64,000 nt of DNA from an uncultured Candidatus Rokubacteria bacterium (GTDB lineage Bacteria > Methylomirabilota > Methylomirabilia > Rokubacteriales > DASRDR01): contig CAVPSB010000029.1 in the NCBI GenBank assembly GCA_963708025.1, positions 32,001-96,000 on the forward strand. Direction: 5' to 3'. Shown piece after piece: positions 19,068-30,056 of this stretch. The stretch's first letter is position 1. Every line of letters begins with the position of its first letter. Under the pieces are notes generated by a model. The model searched no databases, was not told the DNA's origin, and worked only from the letters and a program-made list of their open reading frames with translations. Position numbers and translations under genes: made by a program.

Positions 19068-21320
19068 TCAGTCCCGGCCCCGCAACGCCCGGACGCGGGC
19101 GGGAAGTTCGTCGGACAGGACGCGCACGCCACAGTAGAGCGACAGATACGCCGCCATGTGCGCGACGGGCACGTAGTGCCGCGGGAGGTACGCGTCGTCC
19201 TTGATCACGAGATGCAGGGCCAGGCCCCCGAGATAACACACCGCGAACCCGATCGGTGCGGTGGGATTGCGGGCTCGCATGCCGACGAAGAGGGTGCCGA
19301 GCAAGCCCCCCAGGACCAGAAGCACTCCCACCTGCGGTTCGAAGGTGACCCGCTGCCAGAACGTCGTGATCAGCACTGGGAGCGGATCGGTGGCGGCGAT
19401 CTTGGTGGTCGAACCGAGATAACTGGCCAGCTCCTCGCGCCGGGCGACGAGGCTCGGCAGCGCGTGGACCAGCACGATCAGTCCCGCGCCCGTCATCGAG
19501 GCCACGCCGGCGATGGCCGCCCGTCGCCGCGGAGCTCCGGCGCGGCTCGCGATCGCGAGCGCCCAGAAGGGAATGCCGGCGGCGATCGATTGAGGCCGCA
19601 TCAAGAGCGCGAGGCCGCACGAGAGGGCGGCCAGAGCGATGAGGCGGGAGTGGGGCCGGCCGGCTGCTTCGATGGAGTAGAGAAGCGTGATGCCGCCCAC
19701 CAGCGTGAAGAGCCACGCGGGAATCTCGCTCATGCTCACGGGGAAGACCAGAAGGTAGGTGGCGAAACTCCTCAGTACCCAGAAGAAGGAGTAGCCAAAG
19801 AGGGCGAGGCCCACCAGGCGAAGGACCCCGGGCCGCCTCCGGAAGGTGCTCTGGGCCAGCGGTACGAGGAGAATGGGCGTGCAGCCCAGGACGAAGCGCA
19901 GGAGGAGGGCCAGATAGGTGGTGCCCTCGCCCAGCAGGGGATAGAACATCGCCCTGAAGTACATGAACAGAGGCTTCGAGAACACGTACTGGGGGTTGGT
20001 GAACCAACGGGGGTTGGCCGCGAGAAAGTAGCCCTCCGAGGTGAAGGTCAGCCAGTCGTCTCCGGGACTCTGCAGGGCGAACCCGTCGGTCAACGGGACG
20101 TCGAGGATCGTCCAGATCCACAGACCGAGGATGGGGAAGGTGCACAGCAGATCCGCCGTCCCCTCCCGATGGTCGGGGGTGGGGGCCTCCCGCTCGCGGC
20201 GGGCCACGAGATTCTCCCGAAGGACGAGGAAGAGCGTCGAGAGAGCGGCCAGACACACCAGGCGGGTGATGGCCGACCGGCGATCGTGGAACGTCAGCGC
20301 CCCGATGGCCCCGAGGAGCGCGATCTCGAGGCCGATGACGGAGGCGCGACCGCGTGACGCGGGCCAGTCGATGCTGCCGGCCAGCGCGCGGGCGCTCCTC
20401 CAGGTGGCTCCGGCCACCGGCCACGCGATCAGACCGACGAGTCCCAGGATCAGGAGCTGGGCGGCCCAGCGAGCCCCGGTCCTCCACCCGCTCCGGGGCA
20501 GGCTGACGCTCAGCATCGCCTCGGAGAGAGGGAGCGTCCGGGTCTGGGGGCTTATTAGACACCCCGGCGAATCCGGGACGAGGTCGGGGCAGATGTAGTT
20601 CCGGTAGATCAGTCGGGCGCTCACGAGATCGGCCCTTGGGAGGTCGACACCCCGATCGATCGGGGTCGGTGCATACGGAAGGGCGACGCGCTCGCGACCT
20701 CCGCTCGTCCGCTGGAGCTCCACCTCCACGCTGCCGGCGTAGGTGAGCCGAAGGTCGCCCGGCCCCGGCAGCGTGGACGCGCTCAGGGTGAACGAGGCAC
20801 GGAAGGGCAGCGCGTTCTGCTCTCGCCAGCGGCTCGCCAGCTCGCATTCCGCCGTACCCGCTGCGCAGGCGTAGTAGTTGTAACTCAGGGTGTTGTGGAG
20901 GCCGGGCCGCCAGGGCTCGCCCCGGGGGCCGAAATGAATCGACTTCACGAAGGGCTCGGCCGCGAAGAGACAGGCATCTGGCGAGAGCCTCAAGTCGTTC
21001 GCGACGTGGGGCGCCCACCAGCAGCGTGGGATCCCGGCACTGGCCGGGAAGAAGCACTTGATCGCGATCAGCGACAACGCGAGAATCCCGATCGCTCCTG
21101 CGTGGCCCGGGCTCATCCGGGGGGAGAACACCGGGCTCCCCCCGACGAGTCGATGGGCCAGACCGATGACGGCCAGGCAGAGCCCGAAGAGCAGGAAGGT
21201 GAACTCGGCCCGGTGGGTGACCGGAAGGCCGTCCCAGGCAATCTCGAGATCGGTGGCGAGACAGAAGGCGATGAGCAGCAAGACCCATGAGGCTCGCCCG
21301 ACGAGGGCCGATCGACTCAT
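19068..21320 (-). CDS. Large polytopic membrane protein, possibly a GT-C-fold glycosyltransferase
   Basis: Many TM segments, PGDDW.TF acidic loop, LMRP motif, C-terminal PRHYVP. Confidence 0.55.
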   Translation of the reverse strand: MSRSALVGRASWVLLLIAFCLATDLEIAWDGLPVTHRAEFTFLLFGLCLAVIGLAHRLVGGSPVFSPRMSPGHAGAIGILALSLIAIKCFFPASAGIPRCWWAPHVANDLRLSPDACLFAAEPFVKSIHFGPRGEPWRPGLHNTLSYNYYACAAGTAECELASRWREQNALPFRASFTLSASTLPGPGDLRLTYAGSVEVELQRTSGGRERVALPYAPTPIDRGVDLPRADLVSARLIYRNYICPDLVPDSPGCLISPQTRTLPLSEAMLSVSLPRSGWRTGARWAAQLLILGLVGLIAWPVAGATWRSARALAGSIDWPASRGRASVIGLEIALLGAIGALTFHDRRSAITRLVCLAALSTLFLVLRENLVARREREAPTPDHREGTADLLCTFPILGLWIWTILDVPLTDGFALQSPGDDWLTFTSEGYFLAANPRWFTNPQYVFSKPLFMYFRAMFYPLLGEGTTYLALLLRFVLGCTPILLVPLAQSTFRRRPGVLRLVGLALFGYSFFWVLRSFATYLLVFPVSMSEIPAWLFTLVGGITLLYSIEAAGRPHSRLIALAALSCGLALLMRPQSIAAGIPFWALAIASRAGAPRRRAAIAGVASMTGAGLIVLVHALPSLVARREELASYLGSTTKIAATDPLPVLITTFWQRVTFEPQVGVLLVLGGLLGTLFVGMRARNPTAPIGFAVCYLGGLALHLVIKDDAYLPRHYVPVAHMAAYLSLYCGVRVLSDELPARVRALRGRD

Positions 21321-21351
21321 GCGCCGTCTCGACGATCCGGCGCCGGCTCGA

Positions 21352-22023
21352 TCACCGGACGGGCGGTCCGATCGGACCTGGACCCGAGGCGCGGGCCCAC
21401 ACGGCGTAGAGTGGGTCCGCGCCGCCGCCCGGGGACCGGTCGTCCTCCCGCGCGTCCGTGAAGCCGCCGGCGGCTTCGAAGTAGCCGCGGACGAGCGTGA
21501 GGTGCTGATCGTCGCTGGTGCCGCGCCAGACGGCGACGGCCTTGGTGGGGAAGCACCGGTTGGAGAACGACACCACGAACGGCGCTCCCGATCGGAGCAC
21601 GCGCCGGACCTCGCGGAAGACCAGCACCGGGTGCGTCAGATATTGCACTGACACGGCACAGGTGGCCGCGTCGAAGGCCTCGTCACCGAACGGCAACCGG
21701 GGCTCGTGGTTCAGGTCGTGGACGACGTGGCTCGTCAGCTGGGGGTTGTCGGCCATCTCCTCGGCGTTCAACCCGAGCCCCACGGCTGCCGCCAGGTGAA
21801 GACCGCTCGGGAGATGACTCCGCCAGCTGCTCATCAGATCGAGCAGCCGCCCGCCAGCCGGGAGGACCTCGGCATACAAGCGGCCGAGCGCGCCGATGGC
21901 CGCGTCGTCGATGTGGACGACCTTGCGCGGCAAGACGTAGAAGCCGTCGTCGGAAGCCTCGTCGTCCCGAGCGTAGGCCGCTGGCGGGAAGAGACCGTCG
22001 CCCGGGACCAGGTCGGCCGTCAT
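21352..22023 (-). CDS. Class I SAM-dependent methyltransferase
   Basis: HIDD, LDLMSSWRSH, CAVSVQYL, SFSNRCFPTKA. Confidence 0.85.
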   Translation of the reverse strand: MTADLVPGDGLFPPAAYARDDEASDDGFYVLPRKVVHIDDAAIGALGRLYAEVLPAGGRLLDLMSSWRSHLPSGLHLAAAVGLGLNAEEMADNPQLTSHVVHDLNHEPRLPFGDEAFDAATCAVSVQYLTHPVLVFREVRRVLRSGAPFVVSFSNRCFPTKAVAVWRGTSDDQHLTLVRGYFEAAGGFTDAREDDRSPGGGADPLYAVWARASGPGPIGPPVR

Positions 22024-22169
22024 CCGCCGCCGTGGCGCGGGGTGCTCACCTGGTCGTCTCGCTGGTGCGGTCGGGTGGGTGTCTCGCGGTGGGTGGGGAT
22101 GCCGACTGTGACGAGCGGCACGGTCTCCTGCCAACCCGGTTCCGGGTCTGCTATTCTCGGCGCGAGCGT

Positions 22170-23363
22170 ATGTGTACCACGCATTCCGTATCGACCGCAA
22201 CCCGTGTAACCCTCGCGCTCGCGGTCGTGCTGTTCATCGGTCACAACGTGTGGGTTCTCCGCTCGGCGCCGGCCATGGGCGGCGATTCGCCCAGGTACAT
22301 CGGGTCGGCCCAGCGCCTGCTGGAGGACGGAGTCCTATCGGGGCGAGACCAGAATTACTCCGGCTTCGTCCTCTACCTGGCGCTGACGAAGACGGTGGCT
22401 CCCGGCGGGGAGTCGTTCGCCAGCGCCGCGGTGGCCGCGCAGAGCGCGGTCGCCCTCGGCGCCCTGTTCTGCGTGTACGGCATCGGGGCCATGGTTCTGT
22501 CGGAACGGGCGGGCGCGCTGGCCTCGGTGTTCTACGCGCTGAACCCCTACGCGATGATCTGGAATCGGTACGTCTTGACCGACTCCCTGTTCATCTCCTT
22601 CGTGCTCATCTCCATCTGGGCGCTCATCAAAGCGTCGCGGCGGCATGGGTGGCTCGGGCTCGCCGTTCCCGCCTGTGTCTTCACCGCGATGTTGAGACCC
22701 AATGGGGTCGTCTACTTCCCGGTGTTCCTCGTCTACCTCCACTCCCTGTTCGGCAAGAGACTGCGGGTGGCCGCCTACGTCGTCATCGCCGTGGCGGCCC
22801 TGGCCGCTTCGCCTTTCTTGATGAAGGAGCTCGAGAAGGCGACCGACCGCATTCAGATCATCGACAACCTCGTGGATGGCGTGACCGTGTGGCACGAGGC
22901 CAAGATCGACATGCCCAGGTACGAGAGGCCGAGGACGCGCCCGATCGCGGACACCTTCGCCTACGTCACCACCTACCCCTACGACTCGCTGCGACTGTTC
23001 GCCGCCCGGCTCTACGCCGCGTACATGTTCACGCGAGATGACTTCTCGACCCGCCACAACGCCCTGCTCCTGGTGGCGCTCCCTTTCCTGTACGCGCTCG
23101 CCGTGGCGGGAACGATCCGGAGCTGCCAGAGGGGCATCACGCGGGACGTTCTCCTCCTGTTGGGTGTGCTGGCGGTTCAGACGGGGATCTTCGCCATGAC
23201 CTACAGTGATCACGATCCCCGCTTCACGTGCTACACGATCACGCTGATCGCCCTGTTCGCGGCCTACGGATTCGAAGGGCTGGTGATGTCGGGATGGCTG
23301 CGTCCTGCCGGGCGCGGGCGGCCGCCGGCGCCGCGACTCGCTGCGCGATCAGCTCGGCGGTGA
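22170..23363 (+). CDS. GT-C (PMT/ArnT-like) membrane glycosyltransferase
   Basis: GDSPRY loop, VLTDSLF, LRPNG, DPRF; multiple TM segments. Confidence 0.7.
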   Translation: MCTTHSVSTATRVTLALAVVLFIGHNVWVLRSAPAMGGDSPRYIGSAQRLLEDGVLSGRDQNYSGFVLYLALTKTVAPGGESFASAAVAAQSAVALGALFCVYGIGAMVLSERAGALASVFYALNPYAMIWNRYVLTDSLFISFVLISIWALIKASRRHGWLGLAVPACVFTAMLRPNGVVYFPVFLVYLHSLFGKRLRVAAYVVIAVAALAASPFLMKELEKATDRIQIIDNLVDGVTVWHEAKIDMPRYERPRTRPIADTFAYVTTYPYDSLRLFAARLYAAYMFTRDDFSTRHNALLLVALPFLYALAVAGTIRSCQRGITRDVLLLLGVLAVQTGIFAMTYSDHDPRFTCYTITLIALFAAYGFEGLVMSGWLRPAGRGRPPAPRLAARSARR

Positions 23364-24414
23364 GCCGGGCCCCGTGCGGCGACAAGTGCCCGTCGCCGGG
23401 CAGGAACGACGGCCCCGCGTACAGGGGCGTCGCATCCACGAGCTCGACGGCGTGCTTCTCGGCGATGGCACGAAGAATCTCGAGCTGCCGGCCGCGCGTG
23501 ATCGGCACCATCAGCAGGCGCGCACCGGCGCGGTCGGTGAGGGACTTCATGTAGGCGATGGCGTGTTCCGTGTACCGCCATCCCCGCGATGCGGGGTCGG
23601 TGTTGACGTCGGCGGAGTCGAACGTCCGTTCCGGGCGCGGCGCGGCCTCGGCCACCGCGATGCCGGCCGACCCTCGCCACTGCTGGTAGCTCCAGCCGAG
23701 CCAGCGGAGCATCTTCATCACGTAGAGCTCCTCTTTCGCGCGTCTGGCCAGCGAGCGCTGCCGGATCTGGCGCTCGCGGTCCCGCAGGGCCTGCTGGGGA
23801 TCGACCCGGGCCGGGTAGGTGATGCGGTCGAGGGGCTGGGCGATGAAGGCCTCCATGGCCGCGTCACTCAGATAGGCGTAGAGGTCCACGATGTCGTTGG
23901 ACGTGAAGACGTACACCACGACGCGCGGCGTGAACACCGGCAGGTAGGCGGTGAGGACGTAGGCCTCCTGGTACGCGCAGTCGCCCTGCCGGCCGAGATT
24001 GGCCACCCGCAGGCTGGTGCGCTGCTCGAGGGCGTGACCCAGCGTGTGCTCGAAGTCCACGCCGTGCCCGTAGACCATGGAATCGCCCAGCAGGATCAGG
24101 TCGGCCGGGATGTGGAGCGGCTTGTTCCGGAACCCGAGGGCGTCGGTCTCGTGCCGCCACACGTAGCCGTTGGCGAACATCGGGGCGGTGTGGTTGGGGA
24201 TCATGAAGAACATCCGCAGGTTGCGGTCGGCGTAGTAGATTCCCCCGGTCCCGGCCGTGTACCGGCTGAGGGCGCCGTTGGCGAAATCGTTGCCCAGCAG
24301 CGTGGGCCAGGTGCGGAGCGTGACCTCCAGGCCCAGCAGGACCACCAGGAGGGAGGCGGCGACGAGACCGAGCCGGGCGAGGAGACCCTTCGCGCCCTGC
24401 ACGCCGGGACCCAT
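23239..24414 (-). CDS. SGNH/GDSL-fold protein (AlgX/AlgJ-like O-acetyltransferase or esterase) with N-terminal TM anchor
   Basis: LGFR, LLGDSMVYG, SND, DGHLSPHG. Confidence 0.75.
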   Translation of the reverse strand: MGPGVQGAKGLLARLGLVAASLLVVLLGLEVTLRTWPTLLGNDFANGALSRYTAGTGGIYYADRNLRMFFMIPNHTAPMFANGYVWRHETDALGFRNKPLHIPADLILLGDSMVYGHGVDFEHTLGHALEQRTSLRVANLGRQGDCAYQEAYVLTAYLPVFTPRVVVYVFTSNDIVDLYAYLSDAAMEAFIAQPLDRITYPARVDPQQALRDRERQIRQRSLARRAKEELYVMKMLRWLGWSYQQWRGSAGIAVAEAAPRPERTFDSADVNTDPASRGWRYTEHAIAYMKSLTDRAGARLLMVPITRGRQLEILRAIAEKHAVELVDATPLYAGPSFLPGDGHLSPHGARLTAELIAQRVAAPAAARARQDAAIPTSPALRIRRPRTGRSA

Positions 24415-24453
24415 CGCACCCCTCAGAACGGGGCCCGGGGCGCGTCGGCCACG

Positions 24454-25278
24454 TCAGCCCTGCATGAACGCGTTCAGGTCCGGCGTGGCGAGGGCGTGGT
24501 CCAGGTAGCCGAAGGTGCCCTGGTCCTTCACCTCCCGGGCGGCGTCGAGCAGGCCGGTCATCGCCGTGCGATAGAGCGAGGTGGCCAGGCTGATCCGCCT
24601 GACGCCGGCCGCCGCCAGCTCGGCCACCGTGAACGACTTGCCCTTGATGCCGGCCATGAAGTTGACCGGCTTCGACACGGCGGCGCAGACGGCCCGGACC
24701 GCGGCGAGATCGGGCAGGCCGGGCGCCATCAGCACGTCGGCGCCCGCCTTCTCGAAGGCCTGCAGGCGCCTGATCGTGTCGTCCAGGCTCGGGTTGCCGC
24801 GCAGGAAATTCTCGGTGCGGGCGGTCAGGGTGAACGGGAAGGAGAGCGCGCGCGCCGCCTGGACCGCCGCCACCACCCGCTCGGTCGCCTGGCCGATGTC
24901 GTAGAGCGGCCGGTCGCGGTCGCCGGTGGCGTCCTCGATGGAGCCGCCGACCAGCCCCACGCCGGCCGCGAGCCGGATGGTTTCCGCCGCCGTCGCCGGC
25001 GCGTCGCCGAAGCCCTTCTCCAGGTCGGCGGAGACGGGCAGATCGGTTGCCGCCACGATGGCGCGGGCCTGCGCCATCGCCTCCTCGCGCGTCACCTTGC
25101 CGTCGCGCCGGCCGAGGACGCCCGCCGAGGCGCCGCTCGAGGTGGCCAGGGCCTGGAAGCCGAGCGCGGCCAGGATGCGCGCCGAGCCGGCGTCCCACGG
25201 GTTGGGGATCACGAAGGCGCCGGGGCCCTCGTGGAGCGCCCGGAACCGGGTGGCCTTGTCGCTCTGGGTCGCCGTCAT
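24454..25278 (-). CDS. Isocitrate lyase/PEP mutase family protein (lyase-like, no KxCGH loop)
   Basis: PNPWDAGSA, ATSSG, SADLEKGFG, SIED, ARTE. Confidence 0.85.
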   Translation of the reverse strand: MTATQSDKATRFRALHEGPGAFVIPNPWDAGSARILAALGFQALATSSGASAGVLGRRDGKVTREEAMAQARAIVAATDLPVSADLEKGFGDAPATAAETIRLAAGVGLVGGSIEDATGDRDRPLYDIGQATERVVAAVQAARALSFPFTLTARTENFLRGNPSLDDTIRRLQAFEKAGADVLMAPGLPDLAAVRAVCAAVSKPVNFMAGIKGKSFTVAELAAAGVRRISLATSLYRTAMTGLLDAAREVKDQGTFGYLDHALATPDLNAFMQG

Positions 25279-25461
25279 CGGATCCTCCTGGGTCGCGCGC
25301 CGTGGGAGAGCATATCAGGAAGGGAGCCGCTCCGCATCGGGACCGGACTGGCTCGCGGGGCGAGTCCCCGCTCCCTCCGGGCTACCAGGGGACCGTGGCG
25401 CTCAGGCGTCCCGGGGCCTCGCTGCGCGTCTGGACGTGGCCCGGTGAACGCTGACCGGGGT

Positions 25462-26502
25462 CTACTCCAGGAGCACCGCCCGGAGTCGGCGCACCAGCTC
25501 CGGCTCGAGGGAGGAGAATCGGTCGACCACCTGACCGAGCTCCTCGCCGCTCACCGGGTCGATCTCGAGCTTGGCGCGATCGGCCTCGCTCCGGAACGCC
25601 GGGTCGTCCAGCGTCGCCCGGAAGGCCTGGCGGAGGAGCTGCACTCGCGCGGGCGGCGTGCCCGGGGGTAGCACGTACGGGCGGGCCAGCGCGCCCTGGT
25701 CGTGCACGCCGATCTCGACGAGCCGGCGCCCCTCCGGGGTTCGGGCCAGGTCGATCGCGAGCGGGATACCGGGCAGCTCGGGGATCGGCCGCGGGGAGAC
25801 GGCGAGCACGACGATCGCCTCGCCGGTCCGCAGGGCCTCGGCCCAACCGGCCCGCATCGAGCTCCAGTTGACGCACGCGCCCGCGAGCTCGCCCGACTCG
25901 ACGGCGAGCCGGACGTCGCCGGTGCCGCGGTATCCGCTCACGACCCGGATGGGCAGCTCGAGGGCCGCCCGGACGATCCGCGTCGCGCTCTCCTGAGTCG
26001 TGCCAGGTCCGGTGCCGCCCATCTTGACCGGCGTGCGGGCCCCCCGCCACGCGTCGACGCTCGCGATCCCGGAGGCCCGGCTCAGCGCGCACGCGATCTG
26101 CTCACGGGCCGGCGCGCCAACGTACTCGAAGCCGCGAGGGTCGAACTCGGCGCCGGGCTGCTGCAGGACGGGCCCCAGGAGGAGCCCGCCGGTGAAGTGG
26201 CCGACGCTGAGCCCGTCAGGCCGGGCGATGCGGTAGAGGTGGTTCGCGGCGATCAGGCCGCCCGCTCCGGGCATGTTCTCCACGACGATGGTCGGTTCCC
26301 CGGGGATGTGGCGTCCGAGGTGTCGCCCCAGGAGGCGGGAGTACACGTCGAACCCACCGCCCGGGGGGTATCCCACGACCAGCCGGAGTGCCCGGCTCCG
26401 GTAGAACGACTCGTCCGCGCGGAGGTCTCCCGCCAGCATGGCACCGAGCGCCAGCACGAGACCCAGCGCCAGCGTCCCGCCACGAAGTCCTGCCCCTCGC
26501 AT
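25462..26502 (-). CDS. Tripartite tricarboxylate transporter-type (Bug/TctC-like) substrate-binding protein
   Basis: Signal peptide, VGYPPGGGFD.YSR, NMPGAGG, GYRGTG, RPYVLPPGTP. Confidence 0.85.
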   Translation of the reverse strand: MRGAGLRGGTLALGLVLALGAMLAGDLRADESFYRSRALRLVVGYPPGGGFDVYSRLLGRHLGRHIPGEPTIVVENMPGAGGLIAANHLYRIARPDGLSVGHFTGGLLLGPVLQQPGAEFDPRGFEYVGAPAREQIACALSRASGIASVDAWRGARTPVKMGGTGPGTTQESATRIVRAALELPIRVVSGYRGTGDVRLAVESGELAGACVNWSSMRAGWAEALRTGEAIVVLAVSPRPIPELPGIPLAIDLARTPEGRRLVEIGVHDQGALARPYVLPPGTPPARVQLLRQAFRATLDDPAFRSEADRAKLEIDPVSGEELGQVVDRFSSLEPELVRRLRAVLLE

Positions 26503-26595
26503 CCCTGCCCCTCCTGTCCGGTGTCGCTCGCCCCGCCGGCCCGAGGATGACATACCACACCGGGCGGTGAAAGCTCCTCGTGTATCATCGGCGCG

Positions 26596-29500
26596 GTGAA
26601 AGACTGGAGAGCAAGCGCGCCGGGCCACGTCCGGACGGTCCGGGATCTCATCGAGCGACAGGCCGCGCTCCGGACCGACGCGCCCTTCCTGCTGGTGCCG
26701 GATACCGGGCACGTCGTGACGTTCGCCGGCCTGCGGGACGGCGCCCGGCGGGTCGCCGCCTGGCTGGCGGGGGTCGGGCTGGCGCCGGGAGATCGGGTCG
26801 CGATGCTTCTGGACAACCGTCCGTCGCTCGTCGAGCTGCTCCTCGGCGCCCAGTACGGCGGCTTCGTCCCCGTCTCGCTCAGCGCGCTCGCGTCGCCACC
26901 ACACACCGCCGCCGTCGTCGAGCATTCCGAGGCACGGGTCGTGGTCGTCGGGTCCGCGGATCAGGAGAGGGCGCTCGGCGCGGGGCTCGGCTCCGGGGCC
27001 GCTCGCGTCTTCCGGGTGGACGATGGGGACGCGGGCTGGACCGCCGGCGGAACCCCCGGCCTCGGGCCGGCCGCCGTCGAACCGGAGGCCGACGCCATCC
27101 TCGCCTACACCTCGGGGACGACCGGCCGGCCCAAGGGGGTGCGGTGCTCGCACGCGAGCGTGCTGGCCGGTGCCGACAACGTCGTGCGCGCGCATCACCT
27201 CGGTCCCGGGGATCGCGCGCTCTGCGTCCTCCCGCTCTCTCAGCGTGGCCCCCAGAACGCCACCCTCATGGCGACGCTCGCGAGCGGGGGCTCGCTGGTC
27301 CTGCCGCCGCGCTTCGACCTCACGCGATTCTGGACGCTGGTGGTCCAGTACGAGTGTACGTGGCTGCCTCTGGTTCCGACCCTGGTGGCCGAGCTCCTGA
27401 GCCGCCCGAACCCGGCCGTCCCCCACGGCGAGCTCCGCCGGGTGCGCTTCGCGCGCTCCTCGGCGGCGGCGCTCGGGACGGCCGCCCAGCAGGAGTTCGA
27501 GGCCCGATTCGGACTGCCGCTGCTCCAGTGCATGGGCTCGACCGAGGCGGGGAGCAACATCTTCTCGTCCCCGCTGCCGCCGGCGCCGCGGAAGCCGGGG
27601 TCGCCGGGCCTCAGTGTCGGCTTCGAGGTCCGCGTGCTGGACGAGACGGGGCGTCCTCTGCCCGCGGGCCAGGTCGGTGAGATCGCGGTACGCGGGCCGA
27701 GCGTGATGACGGGATACTTCAAGGATCTCGCCGCGACGGCGGAGGTGCTGACATCGGACGGCTGGCTCCGCCTCGGCGATCTGGGGTACCTCGACGCGGA
27801 CGGCTACGCGTTCGTCGTCGGCCGTGTCCAGGAGTTCGTCAACAAGGGCGGCGTGAAGATCGCGCTCCCCGAGATCGACGAGGCGCTCGGCCGGCACCCC
27901 GCCGTCCTCCAGGCCGCCGCCGTCGGCGTGCCCGATGCGTACCTCGGCGAGGAGATCGCCGCGTTCGTCGTCCTCCGGCCGGGCGCGACGGTCGTCCCCG
28001 GGACGCTGCTGGAATACTGCGAGCGAGCGCTCGGGGACTTCCGGACTCCGACCTGGGTCGAGGTGGTCGGCGAGCTGCCCCGCGGGCCGTCCGGGAAGGT
28101 CGAGCGCCGGCGGCTGACCGAGGCGGCGCGCCGGGGGAGGAGCCGGGCTTCCGGGCCCGCCGGCGGCCGGGCCGGCGCCGACCTCGAAGGCGCCGTCGCG
28201 GAGGCCTGGCGCGACGTGGGGCTCGCGCCCACCGGGCCGCAGGACGATTTCTTCGCGCTCGGGGGCCACTCGCTCCTCGCGCTCCGCGTCGTGGCGCGCC
28301 TGCGTCGGCGGCTCGAGGCGGACATCCCGGCACAGTGGCTGTTCGAGGCGCCCACGGTCGCCGGCCTCGCCGCCCGGATCGCCGCGCGGCCCGCGGCCGT
28401 GGAAGCCCCGCCGGTCCCGGTGGCGCGCGGCGAGCCGCTGCCATTGGCCCCGGCTCAGGAGCGCATCTGGCGGGCGAGCCAGCACGCCCCGGCGGCGGCC
28501 TACGTGCTGACGGTGGACGTCGAGCTCACGGGTCCGCTGGACGCCCCGAAGCTCGAGCGGACCCTGGCGGAGATCGTGCGACGTCACGAGATCCTCCGCA
28601 CGACCTACGTGGCGTGCGGTGGCCAGCCCGCCCAGGTCGCGAGCTCCGAGATGCCGGGGGCCCTTCCGATCGTCGACGTCAGCGCGGACCCGCATCCGGC
28701 CGGGTCGGCTGACCGGATCACCCGGGCCGAGGCCGCCCGCGGGCTCGATCCTCAGCGCGGGCCGGTGTTCCGGGCGGTCCTGGTGCGCCTGGGCCCCGCG
28801 CGCCACCGGCTGCTGCTGTACCTGCACTCCCTCGCCGCCGACCGGCGATCGGTGGAGGTCCTCTTCGCCGAGATGCAAGCTCTCTACGAGTCCGCGGAGG
28901 CCGGCGGGCCGGGCCTCCCCGAGCCGGCGCTCCAGTACGCGGACTACGCCGTCTGGCAGCGGCGACGGTTGTCACCCGAGGGCGAGCTCTACCGGCGGCA
29001 GCTCGAGTACTGGACGGCGCTGCTCTCGCCCGCGCCGCCCCGCCTGCAGCTCCCTTTCCCGCGCCGCCGCCCGGGCGACGCCCGCCCGGACGAGGGTTTC
29101 CACGTCGTGCGCTGTCCGGAGGACCTGCGCGCCCGCGTCGCGACGCTGAGCCGCCACGAGCGAGCGACGCCGTACATGACGTGGCTGGCCGGGCTCGCCG
29201 CTCTCTTGCACGCAGATGACCGGCGGCCGGGACCTCCTGGTCGGAACGCATGCCTCCATCCGCTCGCGGGCCGAGCTGGACGGGCTGATGGGGCACTTCC
29301 TGAACACCGTGCACCTTCGGGTCGCCGTGGAGCCGACGCTGCCGTTCCGGGCGCTCCTGGAGCGCACCCGGGCCGAGGCGACCCAGGCGTTCGGCCACGC
29401 GGACGTGACGTTCGACCAGGTCGCCGGTGCGCTCCGGTCGGCCGGACGCACCGTGCCCGAGGCCCAGGTAATGTTCCAGTACGCCGACGGCCGCGACCGG

Positions 29501-29842
29501 CTGCAGCTGCGACTCCCGGGGCTCGACGCCACCCGGCTTCCACCCGTGGTCGCCGGGATGCCGTGGGGGCTGACGGTCACGCCCAAGGAGCGGGGCGTGG
29601 TCGAGGCGTTCTGGGATCCGCGCCTGTACGAGCCGGCGGGGGTTCGGGGAATGCTCGAGCAGCTGGTGACCCTGCTCGACCGCGCCACGGCCCGCCCCGA
29701 CCTCACCGTCGCCGAGCTGGCTCCCGGACGCGGGCGCCTCCCGCGGGTGAGGCGCGGTTGGGTACGGCGAGCGATCCCGGCACTCTCGTGGATGGGACGC
29801 CTCCGGGAGCGCGGCCAGCCGCATTCACCCCGGGGCGCATGA
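26596..29842 (+). CDS. NRPS-like A-T-C protein, frameshifted at about 29215
   Basis: A domain YTSGTTGRPKG, GDLG, PSGK; PCP FFALGGHSLLA; C domain (QERIW, RRHEILRT, QYADYAVWQ) continues in another frame as GHFLNT..FDQV. Confidence 0.8.
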
Positions 29843-29919
29843 CCGCCGAGGAGCGTCGGCGGGGTCAGGGGCGGCGGCCATCAGGATGCCGATGGAGCGA
29901 CGCGCATTCGGGACTCATG

Positions 29920-30056
29920 GAGAGCGTGTGAAGGAATGGAGTTCTCCGGCTCCCTCCTCCCCCCGGCCAAAGGCCGAAGGCCGTCCAACAACAGGGGAGG
30001 GGGGCCAAAGGCCGAAGGCCGTCAAAGGATCGGGTGGGCGGGAGGTCCCGGACTGA
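29920..30056. repeat. Repeat family 1, copy C (expanded, two GGCCAAAGGCCGAAGGCCGTC modules)
   Basis: GAGAGCGTGTGAAGGAATGG...GGGAGGTCCCGGACTGA; 21-bp internal direct repeat at 29965 and 30003. Confidence 0.85.

Noticed and set aside
4721-25278. Phosphonate biosynthesis from the two ICL/PEPM-family genes
   Set aside because: Neither has the PepM EDKx5NS motif; one has KRCGH (lyase type)
26503-28878. Long N-terminal extension of the 25462-28878 ORF (also 4721-6853, 44587-46938, 53031-55715)
   Set aside because: Overlaps real genes; the true proteins start at internal ATGs
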